DNA from: Candidatus Pelagibacter sp.
GTDB taxonomy: Bacteria; Pseudomonadota; Alphaproteobacteria; Paracaedibacterales; CAIOTO01
Direction of reading: 5' to 3'
NCBI GenBank assembly: GCA_013823725.1
Contig: PNMQ01000004.1
Span: forward strand, 33,569-97,568
DNA: 64,000 nt
The translations under genes and the position numbers were made by a program. The notes beneath the pieces are model-generated. The model made no database searches and was not told the origin of the DNA. It saw only the letters and a program-made list of their open reading frames with translations. Below, one piece after another: positions 49,715 through 59,950 of this stretch. Position 1 is the stretch's first letter, and each line of letters starts with the position of its first letter.

Positions 49715-50335
49715 TTATTTATTTAATTTCTGCAAACATAATTTAAGCATTTGTGATAATTCTATATTTTGGTGTTTAGAATTAACTTGCTGCACGACTC
49801 TAAATGCATCGCTTTTAGAATATCCTAAACCTTGCAATGCCATAACAGCATCATTATTCATGCTGTTATTTTCCGATGAAATAAGCGAGCTTTCTTGAAT
49901 TACACCTATCCCAGTATCTGAATTAGAATCTGGATAAGGAAGCTTTTCTTTCAGTTCCAAAATCAACCTTCCAGCCAATTTAGGTCCAACCCCGTCCGCT
50001 TTAACTAATGAATTTTTATCACCCGACATAATGATATTATAAATCTGATCGGGTGTAAGAGATGATAAAATACCTAAAGCAACTCTTACGCCTACACCTT
50101 GAACAGATAGCAGGATATTAAAATATCGCTTATGTAACTCTTCTAAAAAACCGCACAAATAAGTTTCATCTTGTCTTACAACGGTCTGAACAAAAAGAAC
50201 TAAGGATTCTCCAATAGATGGCAATCTGAGTTTTATGGACTCCGATATGCGCACCTCGTAGCCAACGCCGTGGACATCAATAATCAAACTATCTTCTAAA
50301 ATAGAGTCTAAAACACCCTTTAATTTTGCAATCAT
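49715..50335 (-). CDS. ruvA: Holliday junction DNA helicase subunit RuvA
   Basis: MIAKLKGVLDSI...VHGVGYEV, HhH motifs (VQGVGVRVALGILS, ADGVGPKLAGRLILELK) and C-terminal domain III ALQGLGYSKSDA. Confidence 0.9.
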   Translation of the reverse strand: MIAKLKGVLDSILEDSLIIDVHGVGYEVRISESIKLRLPSIGESLVLFVQTVVRQDETYLCGFLEELHKRYFNILLSVQGVGVRVALGILSSLTPDQIYNIIMSGDKNSLVKADGVGPKLAGRLILELKEKLPYPDSNSDTGIGVIQESSLISSENNSMNNDAVMALQGLGYSKSDAFRVVQQVNSKHQNIELSQMLKLCLQKLNK

Positions 50336-50826
50336 ATTATGCTTAAATACCCAAAATAACCTATTAAACTAAAACACGTGATACCTATAAAATGTCTATA
50401 ATCTAATAAATAGACATTATTTTTTAATTCTTGAATCCATGCTATCGGATTCATTTTTTGGTGATATTCATCCAATCTGTCAAAAAGAACATGAATATCC
50501 TTCTCATGATAAGTTCGATCCTGAAATGGATTTTTATATGTATTTTTAGTCTCTTTTCCATTTTTAAAATCTAATAGAGATTCAGGTGTAAGTTGACGAC
50601 GCATCTGCACACCATCTATAGACCTTCCCCCTTCAGGGTTCGGTAAATTTCTAACAATGGGATGAGGTAATTGACTTTCTGTTAGTTTGTGATTTGTAAC
50701 AAACATCACTTCTTTTATTGGCGGTTGCTCCTTGCCAATGACCGTCCATCCCTCATCACAAATATCATTTGTAAAAGCATTCATAGTTAAAAACCATAAA
50801 ACAAATATCTTATCCCTTATCTTCAT
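50332..50826 (-). CDS. Hypothetical protein with N-terminal signal/anchor and C-terminal TM helix
   Basis: 164 aa with hydrophobic segments at both ends (IFVLWFLTMNAF; IGITCFSLIGYFGYLSII). Its stop overlaps the ruvA start by 4 nt. It has no RuvC motifs. Confidence 0.45.
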   Translation of the reverse strand: MKIRDKIFVLWFLTMNAFTNDICDEGWTVIGKEQPPIKEVMFVTNHKLTESQLPHPIVRNLPNPEGGRSIDGVQMRRQLTPESLLDFKNGKETKNTYKNPFQDRTYHEKDIHVLFDRLDEYHQKMNPIAWIQELKNNVYLLDYRHFIGITCFSLIGYFGYLSII

Positions 50827-50915
50827 TCAATCTCGCTGATTTTTAACTTCTTTATAAATTTAGCTTATGGCTAAAAAATTATTTTTTTCAATAATTTTAT
50901 ATGAAAATAATGGCA

Positions 50916-51407
50916 TTAAATATTAGGAACAATAAACTGTTTTAAGACACAATTTTTCATACTAAATTCTGACCATCTTGCCACATCAGCTTCTATAAAA
51001 GCCAAAGAAGAAGTTGGGAAAGCGTCACACCGTTGTGTTGGGTCTATAGCTTTTAAAATATTAGTTAAAGCTGGGTTATGGCAAATGATCATAATGTGGT
51101 TGTAAGCAGGCGAAGTCGTTTGAATCTTATGCCACAAAACATCAGCTGTTGCTTGATAAATGCCATCATCAAATTTTTCATCAACCCTTGCTGGCAAAGA
51201 TTGTCGCACTGCCTCCAATGTTTGTCTGGTCCTTTTAACATTGGAACATAGAACCAAATCTACAGACTTCAAAAGATTAGGTAGTTGTGGACGCAAATAA
51301 TCTAATTCAAGCATTCCAGACATTGTAATTGTGCGTTCTCTGTCTGGTTTTCCAAACTGTTCTAATTGAGACGAAGCATGTCTCATCAACACTACTGTTT
51401 TAGTCAT
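50916..51407 (-). CDS. Histidine phosphatase superfamily protein, SixA-like
   Basis: VVLMRHA (catalytic RH), PDRERTIT.SG, KRTRQT, and the distal His in IICHNP. The ~160-aa size is typical of SixA. Confidence 0.6.
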   Translation of the reverse strand: MTKTVVLMRHASSQLEQFGKPDRERTITMSGMLELDYLRPQLPNLLKSVDLVLCSNVKRTRQTLEAVRQSLPARVDEKFDDGIYQATADVLWHKIQTTSPAYNHIMIICHNPALTNILKAIDPTQRCDAFPTSSLAFIEADVARWSEFSMKNCVLKQFIVPNI

Positions 51408-51491
51408 AGCATTTCACCATACATTAATTTTATATTTATACATCTTATGTAATTTTATAGAACATATAATCATTACTCCATAAAACCTTCG

Positions 51492-52586
51492 ATGTTTAAC
51501 AAACATGATTTTTTTACTGATAACATTTTGTCACACGATGAAATAAAACAATTATGGCTTTCTGTCTACAGAACAAAAGGCATTGGCAATGCTCTGTTTT
51601 GGAAACACTTTCAAAAATGCAAACATTTCACACACCAAATACGTACATCCGTAAATAATGAAATTGAATCGGTACAAAAATTTAATGCACATTTAGTTGC
51701 TGCATTCGAGGATCATTATCCTCAAGATTTATTTTGTTTAAATTACCCACCTCCAATCATTACAGCAAAAGGAAAACTAGAGCTTTTAGCTAATCCCATA
51801 ATAGGAATCGTCGGTGCACGAAATGCATCTTTGCCAGGAATAAAAATTGCCTTTGAAATGTCCAAATTCTTAGCACTATCAGGATTTACCATAGCATCTG
51901 GATTGGCAAGAGGAATAGATAAAGCAGCACACGAAGGTGCCATGCTAGAAGGTAATCATTCCCATCCAACCATCGCTGTGCTAGCAGGTGGGATTGATCA
52001 AATATATCCACCCGAACATCATGCTATTTATCAAAATATTTCTACCAAAGGTGTTGTTTTATCAGAAATGCCATTTGGTCAAAGCCCTATTGCATCACTT
52101 TTTCCCAGAAGAAATCATTTAATTGCAGCACTTTCAAAAGGATTAATTATTATAGAAGCAGGATTAGGATCAGGAACGATGATCACTGCTGAACAAGCGC
52201 TTGCACTAGGCAAAGATATTTTTGTAGTTCCAGGATCTATTAAAGATCCACGCTATAAAGGATCGCACAGCCTTATTAAAAATGGAGCTATTTTAATAGA
52301 TCACGCACAAGATATATTAGATTACTACCAATTGATCCCTCGAAAAAAATTGTGTCCATCTTTCACGGTTGATACGACTAATCATGATGTTGCATCACAA
52401 GAAAAAAATCCTACATCTCATGAGATACTAAAACATATCCCAGAAACAGGTATAACTCTTGAAGAACTATACCTGGACATTCAATATATGAATCTTGACA
52501 TTTCAATGATATCTGAAACTATTTCGAACTTTGAATTTGAAGGAGAAATTCATAGAGCCCAAGATGGCAAAATATATCTAAGCTAG
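51492..52586 (+). CDS. dprA: DNA-processing protein DprA (Smf)
   Basis: IGIVGARNASLPG...ASGLARGIDKAAHEGA...VLAGGIDQIYPPEH...FPRRNHLIAALS is the DprA Rossmann-like core. Confidence 0.85.
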   Translation: MFNKHDFFTDNILSHDEIKQLWLSVYRTKGIGNALFWKHFQKCKHFTHQIRTSVNNEIESVQKFNAHLVAAFEDHYPQDLFCLNYPPPIITAKGKLELLANPIIGIVGARNASLPGIKIAFEMSKFLALSGFTIASGLARGIDKAAHEGAMLEGNHSHPTIAVLAGGIDQIYPPEHHAIYQNISTKGVVLSEMPFGQSPIASLFPRRNHLIAALSKGLIIIEAGLGSGTMITAEQALALGKDIFVVPGSIKDPRYKGSHSLIKNGAILIDHAQDILDYYQLIPRKKLCPSFTVDTTNHDVASQEKNPTSHEILKHIPETGITLEELYLDIQYMNLDISMISETISNFEFEGEIHRAQDGKIYLS

Positions 52587-53303
52587 GTTTTTAATATGTG
52601 TTTTAATTTTCTCTATCATTAATTCTGCTCTTAGTTTTAAACCACGAGGACACTGAGATGTTTGTGCAATTGCTAAAAATTCATTCAAAGCATCTTCCTG
52701 TTGGTCTAAAAGAACGAGAATTAAACCTTTAATTTCTAAAAACATAATTTTCAAAGGTGTTGTGTCCGAAATAGATTCCGATACTATGGATAGTAATGCT
52801 CTTAACGCTACTTTTGTATCTTCACTAATTTTTTCAGGATCTTGGCCACGAGTGATCATTTCAATTTCATTATTCAAATATACAGCCTTAGAAAAGGATC
52901 GAAAGAAAGCATCGTTTTTATGATCAGAATATAAATCTTGAAGGATTTTCTGACCTTTTTTAAAATCATCAGATCCTTTATCCACAAATACTTTAGCCTC
53001 GAGTAAACGTGCAAGTGCATGATAAGCCTTAGAATCTTTTTGTGCTATTGTTTCCAAAATTTTCAGGGCTTTTTCTGTCTGTTTAACTGCAAGATATTCT
53101 TGAGCTTGTAAATATTTATCAGAGATATAAATTTTTTCATGCTGTTGATTTTCAACATATTTATTAACACCAAAGAAAACTATAAATAAAATTCCTATGG
53201 CGTAAAAAAAATACTTCTGATATTTATTCCAAATACTTACCAATTTTTCTTGCTGAATATCTTTTTGAACTTCTTGCAACAACTCATTGAAATTTTCTGT
53301 CAT
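52578..53303 (-). CDS. YfgM-like membrane-anchored TPR protein
   Basis: A cytoplasmic N-terminus with W.KY, one TM helix (FFYAIGILFIVFFGV), and a periplasmic helical-repeat domain. Architecture-level call only. Confidence 0.4.
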   Translation of the reverse strand: MTENFNELLQEVQKDIQQEKLVSIWNKYQKYFFYAIGILFIVFFGVNKYVENQQHEKIYISDKYLQAQEYLAVKQTEKALKILETIAQKDSKAYHALARLLEAKVFVDKGSDDFKKGQKILQDLYSDHKNDAFFRSFSKAVYLNNEIEMITRGQDPEKISEDTKVALRALLSIVSESISDTTPLKIMFLEIKGLILVLLDQQEDALNEFLAIAQTSQCPRGLKLRAELMIEKIKTHIKNLA

Positions 53304-53373
53304 AGGTCTATCATTTTATTTATCTCACATAATACAGAATCACACGTACACTTCATTTTTTCAAGAAATTTAT

Positions 53374-54138
53374 TCAGGAAACGATGCATGGCAACTCTAA
53401 AACAAAACATGCTCCTTTGGATTGAGTGCTTTCAGCCCAAATATTGCCATTGTGTAATTTAATGATTTGCTTTGAAAAGGCCAGACCTAATCCATGCCCT
53501 TGAACATTACCAGCTCTCAAAGCTCGATAACTAGGCATAAAAATCTTTTCGATTTCTCCTGATTTTAATCCGATACCGTTATCACTAATACGGATTTTAA
53601 CGTATTTATTTTCTTCTTGAATATCCACAGTGATTTTAGGATCTTCCTCAGATTTATATCTTATTGCATTTTCAAAAATATTCATAAATACTTGTTGTAA
53701 AAAGCAGGTGTTTCCTTTTATTTTACAAGATTTACTATTCATACACAGTTTGGGATGTTCACTGCTATTCAGTTGATAAGTCTTACACCAAGAATCACAA
53801 ATTATTTTTGACAAATCGACAACTTCTGTACAATTAAGTTTTCGATTATCATTCTTTTGAAAGAGAAAAAAACTAATGAGCTCCTGCATTTGACCAGATA
53901 CATTTCCTAAAAAATCAACAATTTTTGCAGCGTCTTCATTATGAATAACAGCATCATTTTTTTTCAAAATACTGCTAAAATTAGAAACCAAACGCAGCAT
54001 ACGATTGACATCGTGAAAGAAAAAATAATCCGTTTCATTACGTTTATTTTCAGAATGCACTATTTTTTTCTCTTCAGAGTTACAAGATTTACCCAAGTGT
54101 TTTTTCATTTCAACTTTTCCTGTCTCATATCTAAACAA
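53374..54138 (-). CDS. Sensor-less histidine kinase (HisKA-like plus HATPase_c only)
   Basis: H-box-like FFFHDVNRMLR, N-box FENAIRY, G1 SDNGIGL and G2 GHGLGLAFSKQII. It has no TM or sensory domain, and no response regulator is adjacent. Confidence 0.65.
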   Translation of the reverse strand: MFRYETGKVEMKKHLGKSCNSEEKKIVHSENKRNETDYFFFHDVNRMLRLVSNFSSILKKNDAVIHNEDAAKIVDFLGNVSGQMQELISFFLFQKNDNRKLNCTEVVDLSKIICDSWCKTYQLNSSEHPKLCMNSKSCKIKGNTCFLQQVFMNIFENAIRYKSEEDPKITVDIQEENKYVKIRISDNGIGLKSGEIEKIFMPSYRALRAGNVQGHGLGLAFSKQIIKLHNGNIWAESTQSKGACFVLELPCIVS

Positions 54139-54349
54139 CCGAATGCCATCAATCTGACACTTTAATTTGCAAATTCAACTATAAGCAATTGTAAAAAAAG
54201 TAGATAATTGAAATTTGTTGCAGAATTCAATTATACATAATATTTCATAAAATAAAAGCACAAAAATAAAAGAATTGTAAAAAAATGTATTTATTTTTAT
54301 TGTTCTAATATAAAATATCTAATATAAGATCGTTCAAAAGAATTTCATC

Positions 54350-55102
54350 ATGTTTAAGAATTTCCTTGCTACATTGTCAATAATCCTTGCTCTTTCAAGT
54401 TGCAAAGAAGAACAAAAGGTGAATCCCAAAGTTTTAAAGATTGGAATGTCTATAGACTATCCTCCTTTTGAATTTTATCAAGATGGAAAACCCGTTGGAT
54501 TTGAAGTCGATATTATTAATGAAATAGGTAAGTTAGTAAAAAAAGATATTCAACTTATGGATCTCCCTTTTGATGGAATCCTAGCATCTATTAAAACGGG
54601 AAAAATTGATTTAGGATGCTCAGCTATTTCAGCAACTGAAGAAAGAAAGAAATCCGTTCACTTCTCAAAGCCTTACCACGTTTCAACACTTGTGCTTTTA
54701 ACAATTCATAAAGATCTCAAAGATTTAAAGGCTCTTGAAAATAAAAAAATTGGGGTTCAATCTGGCTCTATTTATGAAAATTATCTTAAGGAAAAACAAA
54801 TTCAAAATTCAAAAATTCAATTTCAATCTTTATCTAAAGTTCCAGAATTATTGCAAAATTTAAAAAATAAAACTATAGATGCTATTTTATTAGGTCAAAG
54901 GGAAGCCATTACCATTCAGAAGAATTTCAAAAAACAGGATTTTACAACTTTTGTACATGATATCGTCGAATCAAATAATGAATACGCCATTGCCATGAGC
55001 AAAGATTCACCGTTGATTGAAAAAATAAATCAAGCGATTGATGAACTTACCGCTTCGGGTAAAATTGAAGAAATTGAAAGAAAATGGTTTGAAAAAGATT
55101 GA
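54350..55102 (+). CDS. Polar amino acid ABC transporter substrate-binding lipoprotein
   Basis: Lipobox LALSSC. Family-3 SBP blocks LKIGMSIDYPPFEF, GFEVDI and KIDLGCSAISATEERKK. Confidence 0.85.
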   Translation: MFKNFLATLSIILALSSCKEEQKVNPKVLKIGMSIDYPPFEFYQDGKPVGFEVDIINEIGKLVKKDIQLMDLPFDGILASIKTGKIDLGCSAISATEERKKSVHFSKPYHVSTLVLLTIHKDLKDLKALENKKIGVQSGSIYENYLKEKQIQNSKIQFQSLSKVPELLQNLKNKTIDAILLGQREAITIQKNFKKQDFTTFVHDIVESNNEYAIAMSKDSPLIEKINQAIDELTASGKIEEIERKWFEKD

Positions 55103-55163
55103 TTTATACACAAGAATAAGCTTATTTTTATAGAATATTCATTTCATAAATATTTTTTAAAGT

Positions 55164-55826
55164 ATGCTCTTTAATTTTGATGTTTTTTTATCATCTTTCG
55201 AATTTGTCTTACAAGGGCTCTCTGTCACGTTATCCTATACGATTCTAGCATTAACATGTGGATTGCCCTTAGGCGTTGTGTTAGCAATACTAAAGTTGCG
55301 TTCTAAAGGATTTTTGTTTCACTTTGCGCAAGGATATACTTCTATTTTTAGAGGCACACCTTTACTCGTGCAGCTAGGTCTGTTTTATTTTGCTACACCT
55401 CAACTTACCGGCATTCATCTAAGCGCATTTCAAGCAGGAATATTAACTTTTTCACTGAATTCTGCAGCTTATGTTTCTGAAATATTTAGATCAGGGATTC
55501 AGTCTATCGATAAATCTCAAACAGAATCTGCACAAGTTTTAGGACTCACAAAATTTCAAGTATATATTCACATTATTTTCCCACAAACGATACGTAAAAC
55601 ACTACCTAGCCTATTGAATGAAATGATTGATTTACTTAAGGAAACAGCTTTAGTAAGCACCATAGGTGAAATGGACATTATGTTCCGAGCACGTCAAGTT
55701 GCTACTGAAAAATTCCTCTATTTTGAACCATATCTACTAGCTGCTCTCTTTTATTATGTTTTAGTATTTATCATAAGTTCATTAGGCTCCTTTGTTGAAA
55801 GGAAAATGCAATATGTTGCACATTAA
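55164..55826 (+). CDS. Polar amino acid ABC transporter permease
   Basis: HisM/GlnP-type: FRGTPLLVQL and the EAA-type loop SQTESAQVLGLTKFQVYIHIIFPQ. Confidence 0.85.
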   Translation: MLFNFDVFLSSFEFVLQGLSVTLSYTILALTCGLPLGVVLAILKLRSKGFLFHFAQGYTSIFRGTPLLVQLGLFYFATPQLTGIHLSAFQAGILTFSLNSAAYVSEIFRSGIQSIDKSQTESAQVLGLTKFQVYIHIIFPQTIRKTLPSLLNEMIDLLKETALVSTIGEMDIMFRARQVATEKFLYFEPYLLAALFYYVLVFIISSLGSFVERKMQYVAH

Positions 55827-56532
55827 AAATTTAAGCCTTCAGCTTAATTCAAGAACAATATTATCTGATATAACAACGGATATTTCTTCAGATAAAATTT
55901 ATGCTATTTTAGGCCCATCAGGTTCAGGAAAGACTTCTCTACTGCGCTGTATTTCTCAGCTAGAACAAAATTATTCAGGGACATTAAGATTAAATCAAAA
56001 ACCTCTTCAACAACTTTCTAAAGGCCAAATTGGGATGGTTTTCCAACAATTTGCTCTGTTTGAAAATATGACGGTTGAACAAAATATTTGTTTAGCTCCC
56101 CAACTCACAGAGCAATCATCCAAAGAACAAATCCAAAAAAAATACAATGAGTACATCGAGCAGTTTAATTTGCAAAACTTAACCCATTATTTTCCCTGCC
56201 ATTTGTCTGGTGGACAAAAACAAAGAGTAGCTATTGTGCGCATGCTAATGATGAATCCACACATCATTTTATTTGACGAACCCACTTCTGCTTTAGATAT
56301 TGAAAATGTAAAAGATGTTATCGATTTAATTTCAGCGCTAAAAGGAAAAGAAAAAATTATTATTGTGGTCACCCATGATGTACATTTTGCCAAATCCATA
56401 GCGTCTGATATTATTTTTCTACATGATGGTGAAATTAATCAAATTGCATCTAAAGACGATTTTTTCTCACTTGATCACAGAAAAGGATTATCACCAAAAG
56501 CTCAACAATTTTTATTAAACTGTTCAGTCTAA
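55813..56532 (+). CDS. Polar amino acid ABC transporter ATP-binding protein
   Basis: Walker A GPSGSGKTS, Q-loop MVFQQF, LSGGQKQRVAIVRML and Walker B ILFDEPTSALD. The ATG at 55813 has AAAGGA 9 nt upstream; the ORF track starts at the TTG at 55792. Confidence 0.9.
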   Translation: MLHIKNLSLQLNSRTILSDITTDISSDKIYAILGPSGSGKTSLLRCISQLEQNYSGTLRLNQKPLQQLSKGQIGMVFQQFALFENMTVEQNICLAPQLTEQSSKEQIQKKYNEYIEQFNLQNLTHYFPCHLSGGQKQRVAIVRMLMMNPHIILFDEPTSALDIENVKDVIDLISALKGKEKIIIVVTHDVHFAKSIASDIIFLHDGEINQIASKDDFFSLDHRKGLSPKAQQFLLNCSV

Positions 56533-56534
56533 GA

Positions 56535-58193
56535 TTAGTTACTGGGCAAAACAATACTGACTTTGAAAAAGCTTCTTTCTTTCTTTAAGGAATGAAATTT
56601 TTTGTTTTGTGAAATATCAGCTTTTATTTTTATCAATGAAATCGCTTTTTCAGAAACCCCAATTGAAACAAACTTCTTTTTGATAATGTTGAAAATTATG
56701 TCAAATTGCCTATCCAAATCTGAAGCATAGCTGAAAAATTTTGGAGAAATCAAAAAAATTAACTCTCTTGAAACTTGACTTTTTTCTAATTGATGACTGA
56801 TAGAATAACCGATATCAAAAATATCAAAGCGATTTTTTAATGTATTGATTAATTTAGACACCATCTTAGACACATGATCACGAGGATTATATTTTTTCAA
56901 AAAAGCATCATAAACAACTGGTCTATTACTTTGCTGCTCCTTCTCAAACTGGGTTTGCATTGCATTCAATGACTGATCGATTTGCTTTATGCTACTCTGC
57001 AAAAAATAAATGTTTAAACCATCTTTAAAATTTAAATAAAGGAGAATAAAAAAGAGCATGATCGATACATAGAAAAATCCTTTGAAGATTTTTGCTATAA
57101 GTAGATTTTTTTTCAAACTAAAAATTTTGAACTGATGATGAATTAATCCTGAGAAAATCCTGTAATTTTTAATATAAAGAACAGCATCCGAAATTGAAGA
57201 ACAATTCTTAAGAACAGATAAAAAATTCCTTTTCTTCACAGCTACTTGAGTTCTCACAAATTGAATTTTATTGAAAAATTTAATAGATTCAAAACAATCA
57301 ATATCGTCAAAATTTTCGTCAAAATTGCACAAAAGCAAACAATTCTTCCACTCTTGATTTACATCTAATCTTTTTGCAAATTTTACACTAGCATCAACAT
57401 GATCTAAAATATCAGAAAATTTTTGAGGATGATCAATCTGATTTTTCTTTAAATGCAGGGTACGTATAAAATAAAAGGCACCATTCTTCATCAAATAGAT
57501 TTGCCAAACCTCAGAAGATATTCGGTTAATCAAGAAGACCCATATATCTTTTAAAGCTAGATAATCCAGCTTTAAAAGCGTACAAACTTCGCCTGCAATT
57601 TTTAAATCAAAACTTGATACAAAACTAATAGGAATACTTAAATTTTTTAATATCAAAAAATGATGGGTCAAAATTTGACTAGGATGCAAAGAAACAAATA
57701 AAAGTTGAGTATTATTTTTTGGATATTTAATGAAAAGAGGACTAATCCACTCTTGAGGAGAAAATCTGCTTTTAACCAATTGAGATGTCAGAATTTTCTT
57801 CTGAACACCCTTAATCTTCCCAAGCTTGATAAGTTGAAAATCGAGATCTTCACCTTTAAGGAAAATTTGAGTATACATATTTTTCTTATGTTTCCAAAAT
57901 TCGTTTAATTTTTGCATCATGTCAGAATGTGAACAATCATCCATTTGATATACAAATTGTTCAAGTATTTGATTGGAACGAAAGTGTGAAAATGTCATTG
58001 TATCATTTTCAATCGTGACTTCTATATTTTCAAATCTTTGAAAAAAAATAAAATTCTTGAATTGGTAGGTAAAAAAATCATACGCATCATTCAAAAAAGA
58101 ATATATTTCATTTTTGAGAAAATTTTTTTTAGGTTCTTCTGTATTTGCTAGCAGGCGAGAAGAATTAAGACCCCATTTCGTGAAAATTTTCAT
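56535..58193 (-). CDS. Bitopic membrane protein with GspL / PilM-PilN-like topology (function unproven)
   Basis: 552 aa. About 365 aa of predicted cytoplasmic domain, one TM helix (aa ~366-389, IAKIFKGFFYVSIMLFFILLYLNF), a coiled coil (QSSIKQIDQSLNAMQTQFEKEQQ) and a ~130-aa C-terminal domain. Its start overlaps the GspF-like gene by 29 nt. The call rests on topology and context only. Confidence 0.35.
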   Translation of the reverse strand: MKIFTKWGLNSSRLLANTEEPKKNFLKNEIYSFLNDAYDFFTYQFKNFIFFQRFENIEVTIENDTMTFSHFRSNQILEQFVYQMDDCSHSDMMQKLNEFWKHKKNMYTQIFLKGEDLDFQLIKLGKIKGVQKKILTSQLVKSRFSPQEWISPLFIKYPKNNTQLLFVSLHPSQILTHHFLILKNLSIPISFVSSFDLKIAGEVCTLLKLDYLALKDIWVFLINRISSEVWQIYLMKNGAFYFIRTLHLKKNQIDHPQKFSDILDHVDASVKFAKRLDVNQEWKNCLLLCNFDENFDDIDCFESIKFFNKIQFVRTQVAVKKRNFLSVLKNCSSISDAVLYIKNYRIFSGLIHHQFKIFSLKKNLLIAKIFKGFFYVSIMLFFILLYLNFKDGLNIYFLQSSIKQIDQSLNAMQTQFEKEQQSNRPVVYDAFLKKYNPRDHVSKMVSKLINTLKNRFDIFDIGYSISHQLEKSQVSRELIFLISPKFFSYASDLDRQFDIIFNIIKKKFVSIGVSEKAISLIKIKADISQNKKFHSLKKERSFFKVSIVLPSN

Positions 58194-59343
58194 AAATTGG
58201 TACTACAGTCCCTAACAATATCCACATGAGAACAATTCCCATAATAAGGAGCAAGATAGGTTGAGTCCAGAAAATAATTTTATCACTCATATTTTTTTTA
58301 AACTTTTGTTCTTGTTCGCTTATGAATTTAAGGTTCTTCTCCATGCAACCAGAAATTTCTCCCATTTTCAAAACATGCAACTGAGCCTTGTTGATTCCAG
58401 GAAAGTGTAAAAATGATGTTTTGACATCATGGCCTCTATTAAGGCTATCAATCACATAATAGATATGCCTGGAAACACGCGCATTAAAATTATCTTTAAC
58501 AATATGTAATGCCTGATTAAAATGAAACTGATTAGACAGGCAAAAGGACATTTGCCTCCAAAAATCCATCACTTCAAAACGCGCAACAATGGGTATAAAA
58601 CTTAAATTTTTCCTGCATAGAATCATAAAAAAAAATATAGATGCTACAGAATATAAGATTATTGACACGTTATCTTTTACAAACATTAAACTTTTTGTGG
58701 CCAAAGAAATTTTTGAAACAGGCACTAACTGTAAAACTGAAGGCAACACCATATCAATAGAAAAATATAAACTTACTCCTAAAATAAACAAAGTTAAAAG
58801 AGGATAAAATAGAACATTGGTTAATTTCTTTTTGCTCTCAATTTTTTCAAAATAATATTCACTAATCAATTTGAACACAACCAAGTTAGACTGTGTACTA
58901 CAAATTTGTTTCAGATTAGATACTATAAAATCATCAAAAAAATCGTTACGTTGTATGTCAAAAATATTTCGACCTTTACTTAAATGATCCAAAATTTCTT
59001 GGGTTACTATTTTTAAAATTTTATGTGAACACTGTTCTTCATAAATTTTTAAAGACTCTTGCAAATTAAGCCCTGATTCAAGAAGGTCTGCACAAGACTG
59101 AAAGAAATGAGCTTTATGATAATCTGTTATTTTTTGATGAAGCCAAACGTGCTGAATAGAAACATACTGAAATCCTTCTGCCAACAAAAATTGTTGTAGT
59201 GAAACTTTGGATTCTGACATAAACTTTTTTTTTATGCCGGTATAGTTTTTATCTAAATAAGTTGCTACAAATAAAGGCAAAATTGTCAAATCATATAAAT
59301 TAAATTTAAGGTATAAATGTTGATACATTACAAACATATTCAT
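58165..59343 (-). CDS. Type II secretion / type IV pilus platform protein family (GspF/PilC-like)
   Basis: Two T2SSF-type repeats. Repeat 1 is FFQSCADLLESGLNLQESLKI...LSKGRNI...KKKLTNVLFYPLLTLFILGVSL. Repeat 2 is FWRQMSFCLSNQFHFNQALHIV...LNRGHDVKTSF...LKMGEISGCMEKNL...IIFWTQPILLLIMGIVLMWILLGTVVPIY. Three TM helices in the canonical positions. The true start may be the internal MSESK at 59220. Confidence 0.6.
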   Translation of the reverse strand: MNMFVMYQHLYLKFNLYDLTILPLFVATYLDKNYTGIKKKFMSESKVSLQQFLLAEGFQYVSIQHVWLHQKITDYHKAHFFQSCADLLESGLNLQESLKIYEEQCSHKILKIVTQEILDHLSKGRNIFDIQRNDFFDDFIVSNLKQICSTQSNLVVFKLISEYYFEKIESKKKLTNVLFYPLLTLFILGVSLYFSIDMVLPSVLQLVPVSKISLATKSLMFVKDNVSIILYSVASIFFFMILCRKNLSFIPIVARFEVMDFWRQMSFCLSNQFHFNQALHIVKDNFNARVSRHIYYVIDSLNRGHDVKTSFLHFPGINKAQLHVLKMGEISGCMEKNLKFISEQEQKFKKNMSDKIIFWTQPILLLIMGIVLMWILLGTVVPIYENFHEMGS

Positions 59344-59374
59344 GCATCAACATTTTCTGAGTTCAGTAAATTCT

Positions 59375-59881
59375 TTAACTGGTTTGGTATCTAGCAAAGC
59401 AAAAGTAATCACCTGTTGTGGTACCATCACCGTTTTGCAAGAAAACAACTCCATTATAAGTGTTCATACCTTGGGAAAGGTCTCCATTTATATCTTTGGG
59501 AACATTTAATACAAATGAACTCCCGCGCGTAATTTTTGCTTTGAAAATTTTATTAAATGCATCGATATCCATAGCACTTGTTATAACACCTCTCCCACTA
59601 GCATTATGAGAGTGTGAACGGACAAGTGTATTGCCTTGCTTCTCGACACAAACAGAAGCTGCTTTTGGGATTGCAGGAATGGCAACTTTAGAAGCAGCAT
59701 CAAAGGCTAAATCTTTTTGCTGCCTGTTAAATTGGCTTGTACTATTCATGACTTCCGCATTATAAGTATCGCCCGCAGGTATGATTTGTGCTGTTAAAGC
59801 CATAGTATTACACATAATACCACAAAACAAAATTGGAGCATATGTAGAGGCTGAAATTAAAATTCTTTTTAAATTGTTCAT
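59375..59881 (-). CDS. Exported hypothetical protein, CFARY-tail family (paralog of 2379..3161)
   Basis: Signal peptide. The C-terminal domain SVCVEK...RSHSHN...NGVVFLQNGDGTTTGDYFCFARY aligns with the 260-aa ORF at the other end of the window. Confidence 0.55.
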   Translation of the reverse strand: MNNLKRILISASTYAPILFCGIMCNTMALTAQIIPAGDTYNAEVMNSTSQFNRQQKDLAFDAASKVAIPAIPKAASVCVEKQGNTLVRSHSHNASGRGVITSAMDIDAFNKIFKAKITRGSSFVLNVPKDINGDLSQGMNTYNGVVFLQNGDGTTTGDYFCFARYQTS

Positions 59882-59950
59882 AAAAATCCCTTATTCTTTT
59901 TTTTAATATTTAATATCAAATACTTTAAACAAAGTTAATTGTTAAAAGTA

